From Girardia tigrina (lineage: Eukaryota), in contig MQRK01251253.1 in assembly GCA_001938485.1 (NCBI GenBank), forward strand, positions 16,680 to 80,679: a stretch of 64,000 nucleotides of DNA. Reading direction: 5' to 3'. This document shows positions 26,279 through 39,200 of the stretch, one piece after another. The notes below the pieces were generated by a model, which was not told the DNA's origin, did no database searches, and worked only from the letters and a program-made list of their open reading frames with translations. Each line of letters begins with the position of its first letter. The first letter of the stretch is position 1. A program made the position numbers and the translations under genes.

Positions 26279-29200
26279 TTTCTGAAGTATAGAATTTGTA
26301 GGCATGATTACAATTAATTCAAATAGTTATAATTTGACTGCGATTTAACATTTGGTTGCTCCGTTTTTTGTTTGATTGCTATATATCTTGGGTATTAAAA
26401 ACACATTATTAATAGAATTTAATTGAGAACGTTCTTTAATCAGTATTTTGAATTTTAGTATCAAAAACCACTCGAAACATCAATAGTGTATTGGGTTACA
26501 ATGCTACTGAGTAGCAGACAATCCCAAATCGGTGCAGGAAATTCGTGAAATGTTATTTTATTTAATTATTTATTTTTTTGCATTATTTTTATTTAATGAA
26601 TCTCAGGGCCACCAATGAGCTTAGGTAAATAATGAAAAACTGAAAGTAACAACGAAAAGGATCATCACAAAGGGCTCATGATATATTGCTTACGTTTGCT
26701 TTTACAAAACTAAAAGGTCTGATAAGTCCATTTTACATGAGCTGAAAGAGAAGCAGAAATAAAGCGTTTGAATACTTGCTTGATGATGGTTTCTTGTTAT
26801 AAATGTGAACACTTTTTAAATTGTATTGTCACATGTGTTATAAATTAGATCTCATATAATAAATGCAAAAGTTCAGCAGCGTATAAGGACACGAATGAAA
26901 CTCCAAAACACAGTCAAAATCACTATATTCATCAAAAAAATCTGAGGGTAAATGTTTTGCGGTCTGCCACTGGTGAAAGCCATTATAGATTAATGAGACC
27001 TGTTTCGTCGATCACAACATATGTCTAATGTAATCAATTTGAAGATATGATGTGGAAACTGAAAGAAAAACAACTGTATAGGTAAACAGATTGATCCCAT
27101 TTTGTTCCACAACAATGCGAAATCCTATACTCCACTTAGTACCGCAATAAAACTACATGGATTTGAGTTTGAACTTCTGGATCTTCATCCATACTCACCA
27201 GACTAAGCCTAAATTGGCTACAATTTATTTCTCAATTTGAACAACATTTTAAGAGGAACATATTTCAATTCGGAAGATGTCGTAAAAATAGCCTATCAGG
27301 AATTTATAGATTCTCGAGCACCAAATTTTAATTCAAGTGGCTCAACAAGCTGCCGTTCAAATGACAAAAGTGTTTCGATAATATTGGTCATACTTTGATG
27401 AATAACATAAATATTTGTATTGGTAAATTATCAATAAACTTTCACTTTAGTTCTACAAATTTCATACTTAATATTTACTTAAATTTATTTAATAAAATTT
27501 AGTGAAATTTATTAACATTAATTATTAATAAAATAAATAATTTTAAATCATTCTTTGATTTATTTATATTGATTAAGGGCATCTTGAAACTAAATTATTA
27601 TTATTATTATTAAAATTTCATATTTGTGGCGTGTTTGTAAATTTAAAAATTTTTATTTATTAAACATTTAAAATCATTTATTTAACTTGTAAATATTATA
27701 TAAACATTTAAAATAAAAATTAATGATATAAAATTTCTTTGATATTGAAAATTTTATTAATTTTATTTTATTTTAAGCATTTGTTTTAATCAATATAGAA
27801 TTAAGATATATTGAATTGTCTAGGATGATTTATTAATAAAATAATATTTGCTTAAAAAACATTCATTTAAATAAATATTTAATTTTATTTTAGTACTAGA
27901 TGTTATTGTTTTATCCTAGATGGTGAATAAACAGTCGTTAGAAAAGCAAAATATCCCAGAATTAGTCGAATGAATAAAAAATCCTCAAATTGGGAATTAT
28001 GACAAATTTTAATTTAATTTTACATGAACAATATAAATAATTTCTTTTGACTAAAACCAAAATTTTGAAAAGAAATTATTATATATTATAATCATTATTC
28101 AAACGAAGATTTCCGTGTATTAACTGAGTCAAAGAAATATGAAATTAGGACGATTTAATAAGAGACCTTTCCATCGTACCCCTCAAGGGTTTCAAAGAAG
28201 CGGTTACAAATAATATTTAATTTTAGAAAATTTAATTATCATAAATTTGGAATTTAAAATTCTTTTGTTTTTCATGACGATTATAAAATACTTTAAATTT
28301 TTAGTAATAAAATAATTTATTAAAGTTGAAAAAATCATTTCTTAGATTTTAATTTGAAAACTTATTTCAATATATAAAAACAATATATCTAAAAAAATAA
28401 TAATTAAAATAATAATTAAATAATAATATCTCTTAAATAATAATAATAATTTTTAATAATAATTAAAAAATAATAATTAAAAATAATAATAATAATTAAA
28501 TAATAATTATAAAAAACATTCACACAAAATTCTATCATATATTTTACAAAATTAATACAAAATAATTTTAGTATGAACTTTTTTGCACTATATCTTAAAT
28601 TCTGATAGCCCATTTGCATATTACCCCCCTCCTTGGTGGAGTCAATTCGCAGATTTACGATATTCTGGTTTCTTTTATGGAAGTTGGCAACTCAAATAAA
28701 CTGTTCAAATTTCCTTTTCTCATATTCTTAGTCAAGAAGAGTAAATATGCTCTTTAAACAAGAGATTTAAAGCTTAACAAAAACTATTCATTTTTTGTAA
28801 AGGTTCATATCAGCATTGATACAATTCTAAATCAAATACGAATCTTCATTTTCTTCAAAATAATCAAATATAAGAATATTAATCCAGTTTCTTTCTATAT
28901 GATCTAGAAGAGTTTGAGATTTAATATAATTATCATTTTCTTAACACAAAATGGAGATTATCATACTATTTGGGATGCTTTTCCTGGATCTAATAATCCA
29001 GACTGTGAGGAATATTTTGAATGTTTGATGTTTTGTATTTGAATGTTGTATGTTGGTTTGGAATTGTGTCTCTCCTACCCAGATGGATGATTAATATTTT
29101 AATTCTTATTATCTAAAAATATGTTATGTTTAAATTTATTTTTAATTTCAAATAATTTTAAAATTTTAAATAAGTTAATTAGTTTTTACAATTTTTTATA

Positions 29201-31914
29201 AATAAATCAAATTATTATTTTTAAAATAATTAATAATCATTTTAATTATTATCCAATAAGTTTTGAGTGAATATTTTATTAAAATATTTATTTCCCATTT
29301 GTTGAAAAATAATAAGAATTAATTCATTAATCAATTTAGTTTAGAATGCAATCCTACGAAAGCTTTGACAAAGATTGTTTTAAGGACAATCAAAATTGTT
29401 GTTTAAATAAAAATATAAAAAGTCAAATTGGTGTTCATAATACAGACTAACTGGCTTTTTTATTGTTTCTGTAATGGAAAGTGAAATTGAATGTATTTTC
29501 TTCTTCCATTAACTTTATTAAATAACTCGATATAAAGAGATGAGTAATATTTATTGTCAATTGTTAAATCACTCGGTAATAAAAAAATATTGAAACTTGG
29601 ATTTCCCAAACCAAAAAGAAGTATGGTTCTGGGCAAGTCCAAATAAGTGGGCCTAAATTATCACATGTGATTTATTTTATTTCCTGGTTTAATCTGTTAC
29701 TAAACATTGATCGGGTGATTTTGCGATGCAAGTGGATTATGTGTCGGGAGTGAGATGAAAATTCGTCGGTGATGGTGCTCAGTGAAACGAATTTCCAGTT
29801 TCGGTTAATCCAGGAAATCTGAAATGATAAATCATCCGGTTAGATGCTTCACAGAAAAATATTGTGGAAATCAGCTTGTTGAGTTTCTCTATGTTGCAAA
29901 AATCAGCAAAATCGACTTGTCCAGAATACCTAAGTATTGATTTTTGGGTCTATAGCGATTTAAAAATTTGTCAAACTTGAACCTTTAGAGTCGTCATTTT
30001 GAAAGGCCGAATTGTCACCGGTAAACATATTTGAATTGCAGAAAAGTTTGGAGTTGAAATTCTTGTATTGAGTTTCGTAAGCTGGATTGACTATTTTCTT
30101 TAACGGAATGCTTCAAAAACCGGTTTTCGTTGCCATGAAAGACAGATTAAAATTCGAATTAAATTATTCCAAGTATTTTGATTAGAGAAAAGGTGGAAAA
30201 AATAGCATATAATTCCAGTTTCCCACAAGAATTATACAACTTTACATATTAAATGTCATTCCAGTGATTATAATAAATATTTATTTAATTATTTATTTCC
30301 ATATATGTATATATATACATAGTAGTTGCAAGGCTACTACAGTTTCTTTGATCTAGATTATTCATTGACTGCTATTGTGATTCCACGCTTAAATATTAAA
30401 CTTCTCAGAAGGTCATTCATATTTCATCTGTACATTTTTACAAGTCTACCACAAGTACAGACTGTGGAACTAATAATGGTAGTTTCATTAACTTGAAAAA
30501 TGTATTTTTATCAGTTACTGGATTCCAAAGGGTCTCTATACAGTTTTTTTAAAAGTTCATAAAGTCTTATAAAAGTTATAGGGCTCTTTACTAACAAAAT
30601 TGATTGCACTTTGCAAGTCGTTTTATCGATGATAAGAGCGTTTCAATATGTAGGATTTAAATTAAAAGACCTTGCTATCGTATCAATCTGAGTCGTGATA
30701 GTTTGAATTTGTTAGTTTAATTTCTAATTATAAAGCTAAATATGGTTTTTTTATATCTATAATTTATGTACAAATATTACTTTATTGATACTTTGTATTA
30801 CTAATGTATTCTCTATTGGAATTATAAATGAATACTTCATATTAGAGATGAGGTAGTGGTTCAAAAACGTATAAGTTTTACACCACAGAAAATGTTAGAT
30901 ACAATATTAATATAATAAAATTACCAAGCTTTTACTTTGATAAAGACTTTGTCTTACAACAATTATGGAATGATTTCATGATCAAATATAATAAAAATAA
31001 TAATTCGGCTTTATTTCTTGATAATAGTTTTTGAATTATTTATATGTATTCATCAATACATTTAGCCCTACCTCTCAAAGTAATATTATACTTATAATTT
31101 ATGTAAATTAATAAACATTTCTTCAATAATAAATTTTCATTGTTCGTTAATTTTAATTGATTTATTTTATCACTTAAAATAATATAATATTATATATACA
31201 TATAAAAATTTTTTTAAGTTTTATTGTTATTATATTATATATTTTGTCAATAAAAATAGATATAAATATTTTAAATTACTTCAGTAAAAATCACGGTTAT
31301 TAGCTCATAAAATAAATTAAAAACATAAATACTGTCGTAAACTTAATCGAAATAAAAGTTAATTAATTCATAAAATCACTAATAAAATAGTTAATTAAAA
31401 CAATTAATGAGAATTTCAAAGAGCTTCCCTATTCGAAAGATCAAAAGAATAATAAATAAAAATATAATAAATAACACAAAATCTCATTTGGCTTAACATA
31501 AAATTTTTATTGTAAAATTGATATTATTTTTAATTATTTTTAAAAATATTGCGTGTTACGATTGTTTTCTTCTTTTCAACAAAGTCTACTTGATAAGATG
31601 TTATCAGAAATTCCTAAAGAAATTTAACTAAGAATTTCTGGTACCCTTGAGAACCACTTTCAATTAAATGGTTTGCATGCTTTTTTGTCAGGATCAATCG
31701 ATCTGCAATAATTTATGTTGATCATATTATCAAATTTCGATTTATTTAATATCAGAAAACAAAAAAAAATGTATTTTATAATAAACCATTTTGCACGACT
31801 TCAGAAAACTTTATTAAAATAAAACTTTAATTAAAACTTTAGGAAAATAAAACATTATTATTGTAGCAGTCACTTTTGTAAAATTAAAAATAAAAAAATA
31901 TTAACATATTTAGA

Positions 31915-31946
<32 letters not shown>

Positions 31947-34900
31947 TAGTCTATTAAACGCTAATTTAATATTTTTGAAAAATAATTTTGTTAAAGTTTT
32001 TTGAAGAAATTATTGTACATATTTTGGAAATGTTAATTTTTTTAAATTATTTAAAAAGAAAAAATATATTTATGTATTAAATCGAAAACGATTTGTTGAT
32101 TACAAGCTAATCTTGTTTATAAATTTGCTTGTCAAGGTTGTAAAACTCGTATATTGGAGAGACAAATCGTCATCTCAAAACTAGGATTCATGAGTATTCA
32201 CAATCGAGTAAATCTAGTAAGGTTCTTGATCACTGGTTATATTGTAAAAAAAGAATATTTTTTGATTTAAAGGATTGTTTTTAAAGAGTTTTCTGTATAA
32301 CTGAAGGAGTTTTATTCACTCTATGAGCAGCGGTTTTGGGAATCATTCTTATTAAGACACTACAACTCATTAATAAACATTCAAAATGGACAAACTAAAG
32401 TCGCTTCAAATACTAAAATCTTTAATTAAAATTTTAAAAAAATTTTTCCATTATTATATAAATAAAATCTTATATTAAATAAATAAATTTTTCCTTTAAA
32501 CTAACTTTATAAAAAATTATCATTATAACTGAAACATATTACTGCTGATAATAGAAGAATTTCTTAAGCATGTAGAATAATCAATTTCTTAAAAAATCTT
32601 AACAAAATTATTTTTCAAAAAATATATACATATAAATAAAATATATTATATATAAATATATTTACTATATAAATTATTTACAATATAAAATTAGTTTTGT
32701 TAAAATAATAAAAAAAGGAACGTTTTACATTTTTTTTGAATTTTATTTTGATAAAATTTTATCGAATCAGTCTCGTCTTTATTTTGTTATTTAAGGACTG
32801 GAAATCGAAATAAAATGCAAATTTTCGCAGATTTATCTGGATTCGGGATCAACTCTGGCATCCACACAGCTTGCGGTGATTTTAAGTACATTTTGATAAA
32901 TCACATAAATTATCGAAAATTAATTTTTTGTACATTTCATAAATGAGAACTAGAGCTCTTGTTTACCGATTATTTACCCATTATTTTTTTAAAAATTCAA
33001 ATCAAAAATTTTTTTGTCAATCGTGGTAAATAAAAAAGATTTATAAAAAACAAAAAAAGCCAAAAATAGATAATTGCAAGTTTTTAAAACCAAAATCTGA
33101 TTTTAAAAAAATGATTTAATTTATTTTAATTTTTTATATATCTCACAAGACTTGCTCTGATTGGTTAACCAATCAGAGGGAGTTTTTCTCTAATTTGACT
33201 TTTTATAGGCACACCAACTCAACTAAGAATAAATTCACTTATATGACTCCGTTTTAATGATTTGCAAAACTGCGACAACAAAAAAATTCAAATTATTTTT
33301 TCAATTGAAATAATTAATTAATTATTTAATTTTTTTAATTAATAATATTTAATGATATATCAAATTAAATATAAATAATAACAAATACATATACATGGAA
33401 GCGAAGCAGCAATAAAACAGATTGAAATTCTTATTCAAAACTATTCTGTATTTTAGGCAAGGATAAGCATGAAAAATTTTAAGTAAAGATAACAAAATAC
33501 TAGGGGCGCACCGAACTCCAGCTATATTTTAACATCCGGCTCCGGCCAAAATAGGCCAGTCTTAGCCGGAGCTTTATTTATTCATTAAAAAAATTAAATA
33601 TTGAAATATTTTTATAAATGTTTATTATGTGAATTTCTCAAAGTTCGATGCATGTAATTCACAACCCTCACTTACATTCCGACTCACACACGTAACATTC
33701 AATACTCGAATAGGTCTTATTTCAATCTTTCTCATGTGAGTGTGTGTGTCGAAAAAGGAATGTGGTTGATAATGGATTCCATGGATGACAGAAAAGTAAA
33801 ACTATCAATCGCATATATTGATGTAGCTAAGGACACACACACTGTCGTAATGATAAAAATCTGTAGTATTTAAATCCTAACGGTAATTTTAGGTGCATTT
33901 ATTCAAGATAATTTCATCTTCAATAAGTATTAGAGATACATCCATATAATATGAAATCATTTATTCATAAAAAATACTTTGTACTAGATAGTCAGTTGGT
34001 GGAGGATGAGATAATCTGTTTGAGAATGAAGGACTTAAAAGCAAATAATTTAAGAAACACTCAGAAAATATTAATATATTGCTTCAAAGTCCCCGGCCCT
34101 CCCGCGCATCCGTACAAAATAGATAATAATTATTATGTATTATAATTCAATTTAAATTCCAAAATAATTATAATTTCTATTATTTTATTATATTTTATTC
34201 ATTATTTTTATCATCTTAAATTTTTAGTACAACTGAAAATTTTTTGATACAAAAACACGTTATAAATTGAATAATCAATATAAATAATGATAATGAATAA
34301 AAAATGTTAACAGACATTTATGTTTCTATTGTTTTTAAGATAAAAAGTTATCTTTTACTGCTATAGTAAATTTATACGTTTATCACTGAAAAATGTTTTT
34401 ATCTTTGATTTTATCTTCTAATTAATTCATTTTGAATATTAAATAATTCTATTGCAGCACAATATTTTCTGTCAACAATATGAATATTATTACTAACAGT
34501 AATAAAATAAATATAAAATAAAATAAATATAAAATTTTTACTAACTCTTCAATTTTAAACTTTTTCTGAACAAAAGAAAATGTCGTTTTCTGTACACTTT
34601 TTATGTTATTTATGCTTCAATGGCACTTATGTTACTTCTTCAAGTTCTTTAATGTCTTTTTTATAAAGCAATCCAAATAATAATGGATGCCACCTCAACT
34701 CATTTGGCGTTTGTTAAAGATTTTGTATTATAATTTAGTTTTTTATGTTTAAAACGTTTTTTTTAACTTTAAATATTTCTTTTATTTTTTGAATATTAGT
34801 AATTTTTTGGTAATATTCTAATTTATTTTATATTACAATTTAATCTTCTAATATGACCAATATTCCAAAATTTTGATCAGTTACAACCAGTAAGTAAAAT

Positions 34901-36127
34901 AATATAACCCTAACCCGAATTGTGGGGAACGAATTTTCCCGAGGACGAATATTTTTAATTTTTTTTATTTTATTTAATTTTTCTGGGGACGAATTTTCCA
35001 GATCCATATTACAAGGATCTAGAAAATTGACAAGCTGAAATATGTATAAATCTCGTCACATAATTATAAACAAAACATAGTTTCAAGCCAAAAATTACTC
35101 AAACTATGGCCAAAAACAAACGAAAGATTAATGAAAAAAGATTGTCAATTTAATTATTTTATATGGTTTACAACTAAGCCAATTAGTTCTATTCATTAAA
35201 AAGCTTGAAGCCATTATCAATGGGTCATTTTAATTTAGTACATTTTAAGAAGACTTTAATATAGCAAAGGTTTTGAAAAGGTTTCGGATAATATATCCCA
35301 AAACGTAATAGAACCACATATTCTTGTATTTTTGAAAGATACTTCATTTAAAATAAAATCAAAAACAAAAAATGCCAATTTAGAAGCATTTTTACTTACA
35401 TAAATTATTATAAATAATGATAATAAAAATTTTATAATGTTTACGACGTAAGGTTTCAATCATCACTAGCTTCTTACAGATGTTTGTGGTCCGGGTCATT
35501 CTTCAGTTTTTTATGAGACCATTCACAGATGGACTTTACTAATCTTTGATCCAATTAATAATGTCTCCAAGAGTTTTAAGGTTTATGGTAAAAATATTTA
35601 AGATTGAAATCCATAAAATAATACAACGCTTAATTATAAGTTTCCAGAATGTTGTAAATCAACAAGTTCGCAACAATTCTTATCATGAAGGATAATCGTG
35701 GGAAAACGTATAATTAATACATTTATGAAGAATTAATCCAATGTCTTATTTTTAATGATATATACATTTACATATTATTTTCTTATTTTGTCGTCAACTA
35801 TTTTGGGCTTTACTCGAGTCATAAAAAAAGAAATAAAAATAATTATTGAAATGGATGCAATTATAGACTCCGACATTGTTTCGGTGAGGTAGAATAAAAA
35901 TATTATGTGCATATTATCTTAGATATAATCAAATAACCTTACAAGATCTCATCTGAAATAGTCAAAAAATACAAATAATAAAATTCATTGAAGACAAGTA
36001 CTTCCCAGATAATCGTTAAGGGAATTATCCTTTTATAAATTTCATATAAAAATTATCCAAAACATAATTTAAATCTTGATAATAGGGTAATTGAATATTT
36101 TAACAAAGGGATAATTTCATACCAATG

Positions 36128-36184
<57 letters not shown>

Positions 36185-36234
36185 NNNNNNNNNNNNNNNN
36201 NNNNNNNNNNNNNNNNNNNNNNNNNNNNNNNNNN

Positions 36235-36281
<47 letters not shown>

Positions 36282-39200
36282 GTTGGTCGCAAAATAATGG
36301 GGGTTTTAGGACACAAACTTCAAAGACGTGTAAATTCACAGAAACAAAAGTTTATTAATCAAAGTATGAACCGTTGGCATGAATAAACATGACCTTGGTT
36401 ATTGCATTACTAGAAAAGAATTACTTGCGATATATTATTTCACTCAGCATTTTAAGCATTTCTTATGTGGAAAAAAATTCTTATTACGAACAGACCATAA
36501 ACCTATTACGTTTATGATGACCACAAAGAACCCAATAACACTGCAATTTCGAACATGGATAAATTTTCTCAGCGGTCTTGATATGAGAATGGAATACAAG
36601 AAAAGTGATAGACATTCAAATGCAAATGCTATGTCGAGAAACTCTTACGAATCATGTAGTCAATGCCAAACAACACATGAAGAATCGAAGAAAGGAAAGA
36701 TTAAAACTCGAATTCTAGCGTTACACAAAGAACCAAATAGTTTCAAATGGCAGAATGACAATGAAGAAATCGAACAAATTAAGAATGATTTGAAACAAGG
36801 AAGAACAAATAAATGGAAACTGAAAGATGACATTGTAGCAACGGAATATAATAAGTACTGGATCCCCAGAACAAATAGAACCAATTTTATTGAAGATATG
36901 CATAAGATGTTATGTCATACTGGAAGTAAAAAGGTTTTTAGAGGTACCTCAGAGATGATTTTGATATGGAAAATATGAGAGAAAAGATAAAATAAGTTGT
37001 TCAAAGTTGCATAAATTGTCAAAAGCGAAAAACACTAACTGCAAAATCAAAAGAAAGACATATTAAGCAATTTGTAGATGAACCTTTTCAGAAGATATAT
37101 ATCGATTTTTGTGGTCCATTCAAGAGAAATGTTAATGGATACCAGTATATTTTGGCGATAATTGATCAATTTAGCCGATATATTAGCCTGAACGCAGTTG
37201 CTCACCAAGACGAGAGAACGCTACGGAAAATATTGCTGTATGATGGATATATAAATATGGACCACCTAAAGAAATCCATGTGGATAGAGGCAAAACATTT
37301 GAATCAGAACTATTTAAAGAAACACTGAAGAAGTTTAAGATAGAAGTATTTTATTCAAGCGCGTATCACCACAATGCCAATGGATTTATAGAAGGAAAAT
37401 TTAAAACAATAAGAAATGCTCTTAATATCAGAATAAAGGATAGAACGCATAGAGATTGGACGGAAGTATTGTCAGAAATAGAATTTATGATGAATAGTAA
37501 CATTCAAACCACGAAAGGTATCTCACCAGCAGAAATAATATATGGAAGGAAATTAAGACATTGGTGGAAAAATAAAGAAGATAAAAGAAACAAAATGGGA
37601 AAAGAATAAAAGCTCCAGAAACGAGAAAAATTTTTAAGGTTGGAGACCAGGTATTGGTAAAGAGAGAAAATGCATCAAAAGAAGACGACCGATATATTGA
37701 CCCTGCAATGATAATAAGACAGAGACATGAAAGAAGTTACGAATTGCAACTCTACAATGGAAAAATACTAATAAGAAATGTAGAATGGCTAAAGCCATTT
37801 AAATTGAGGGGGATATGAAGGATAATTTGGAATGTTGTAAGTTTGTTGTTTGTATGCTGTTTTGATTTGTGACTCTCCTACTCAGATGGGATTGATATGT
37901 TTATTGATTTATTATTTGAATCTAATGAAATTAATTTTAAGTACTAATTAATGAAAGTTTTATAATTATGAATTTTAATAATATTTGTAGTAAACGATTT
38001 TAACTTATTAAATTTAATATATTTTAAAAATTAATGTTCATTCAAAAAATTACTTAATAGTTTTTCATCCAATATTAGGTTGGTCGAAAAATAATGGCGG
38101 TTTTGGGACACAAAATTCAAAGACGTGCAAATTCACAGAAACAAAAGTTTATTAATCAAAGTATGAACCGTTGGCATCAATACATTTTTGCCAACGAGAA
38201 ACAAGTTGTTTTATTCCATCAGCATAAAATGCATCGGTTCTCGAAGCGACGAATTCTTGGAAGGTATTTTGAGCATCATTTTGGTTTTTGAAATTTTTTT
38301 CACGTAGGAAGTTGTACAAATGCCTGAAAAAGTAAAAGTCCTTTGGCGAGAGGTCTGGTGAATATGGTGGATGAAGTAGGGTTTCATAGCCCAACTCATT
38401 AAGCTTTTGAAGAGTCACTTTTGAAATATGAGGTCTAGCGTTATCAAACAATAAAACAATCATGACTTTTTCGATTGACCAATTCCGGTCAAAGGGTTTT
38501 CAATTTTTTATGCATTTCATCAATTTCATGACAGTACCTCTCCGCTGTGATTGTTTCACTTGGATTCAAGAAACTATAGTGGATGATTCCAGCATCACAC
38601 CACCAAACTGTCAACATAACCTTACGGGGTGTTAGTTTCTGTTTTGGAAAGTGTTTCTGTACTTCATCTTTGTCCAACCACTGTGCATATCGACGTCGGT
38701 TATCATACAGGATCCATTTATCATCACAGGTAACAATACGATCAAGAAATTGATCGTTTTTATTGCGAAGATGATTGGCAGAACAAATTTCATAGCGTCG
38801 GTTTTTATGATTTTCATTCAAATCAAGTGGAACCCATTTATCAAGTTTCTTGATTTTTCCAAGTTGTTTTAAATGATCCAGGACTGTTGAATGACTAATG
38901 CCCAACCCATCTGAAAGTTCTCTGATTGTTGTACGGGGATCTGTTTCCACCATTGTCCTCAAATTGTCGTTGTTCACAGCAACTGGACGACCACGACCTT
39001 CTTCATCTTCAAGGTTTTCATCTCCATCAGAAAATTTTCGGAACCATCGTTGCACTGTGCGCTTAGAAGCTGTTCCCTTGCCAAACGCTTTATTGATATT
39101 GTAAGTCGTTTCTACTGCTTTACGACCCAGTTTAAATTCGTACAAGAATATTGCTCGAATTTTAATTTTTTCCATTATTAATTTAGCACCGTAAATATTC

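Noticed and set aside
28600-28990. Minus-strand purine run ggagggggg as PPT of another LTR element
   Set aside because: Upstream sequence gives no recognisable integrase motif and no clear LTR follows
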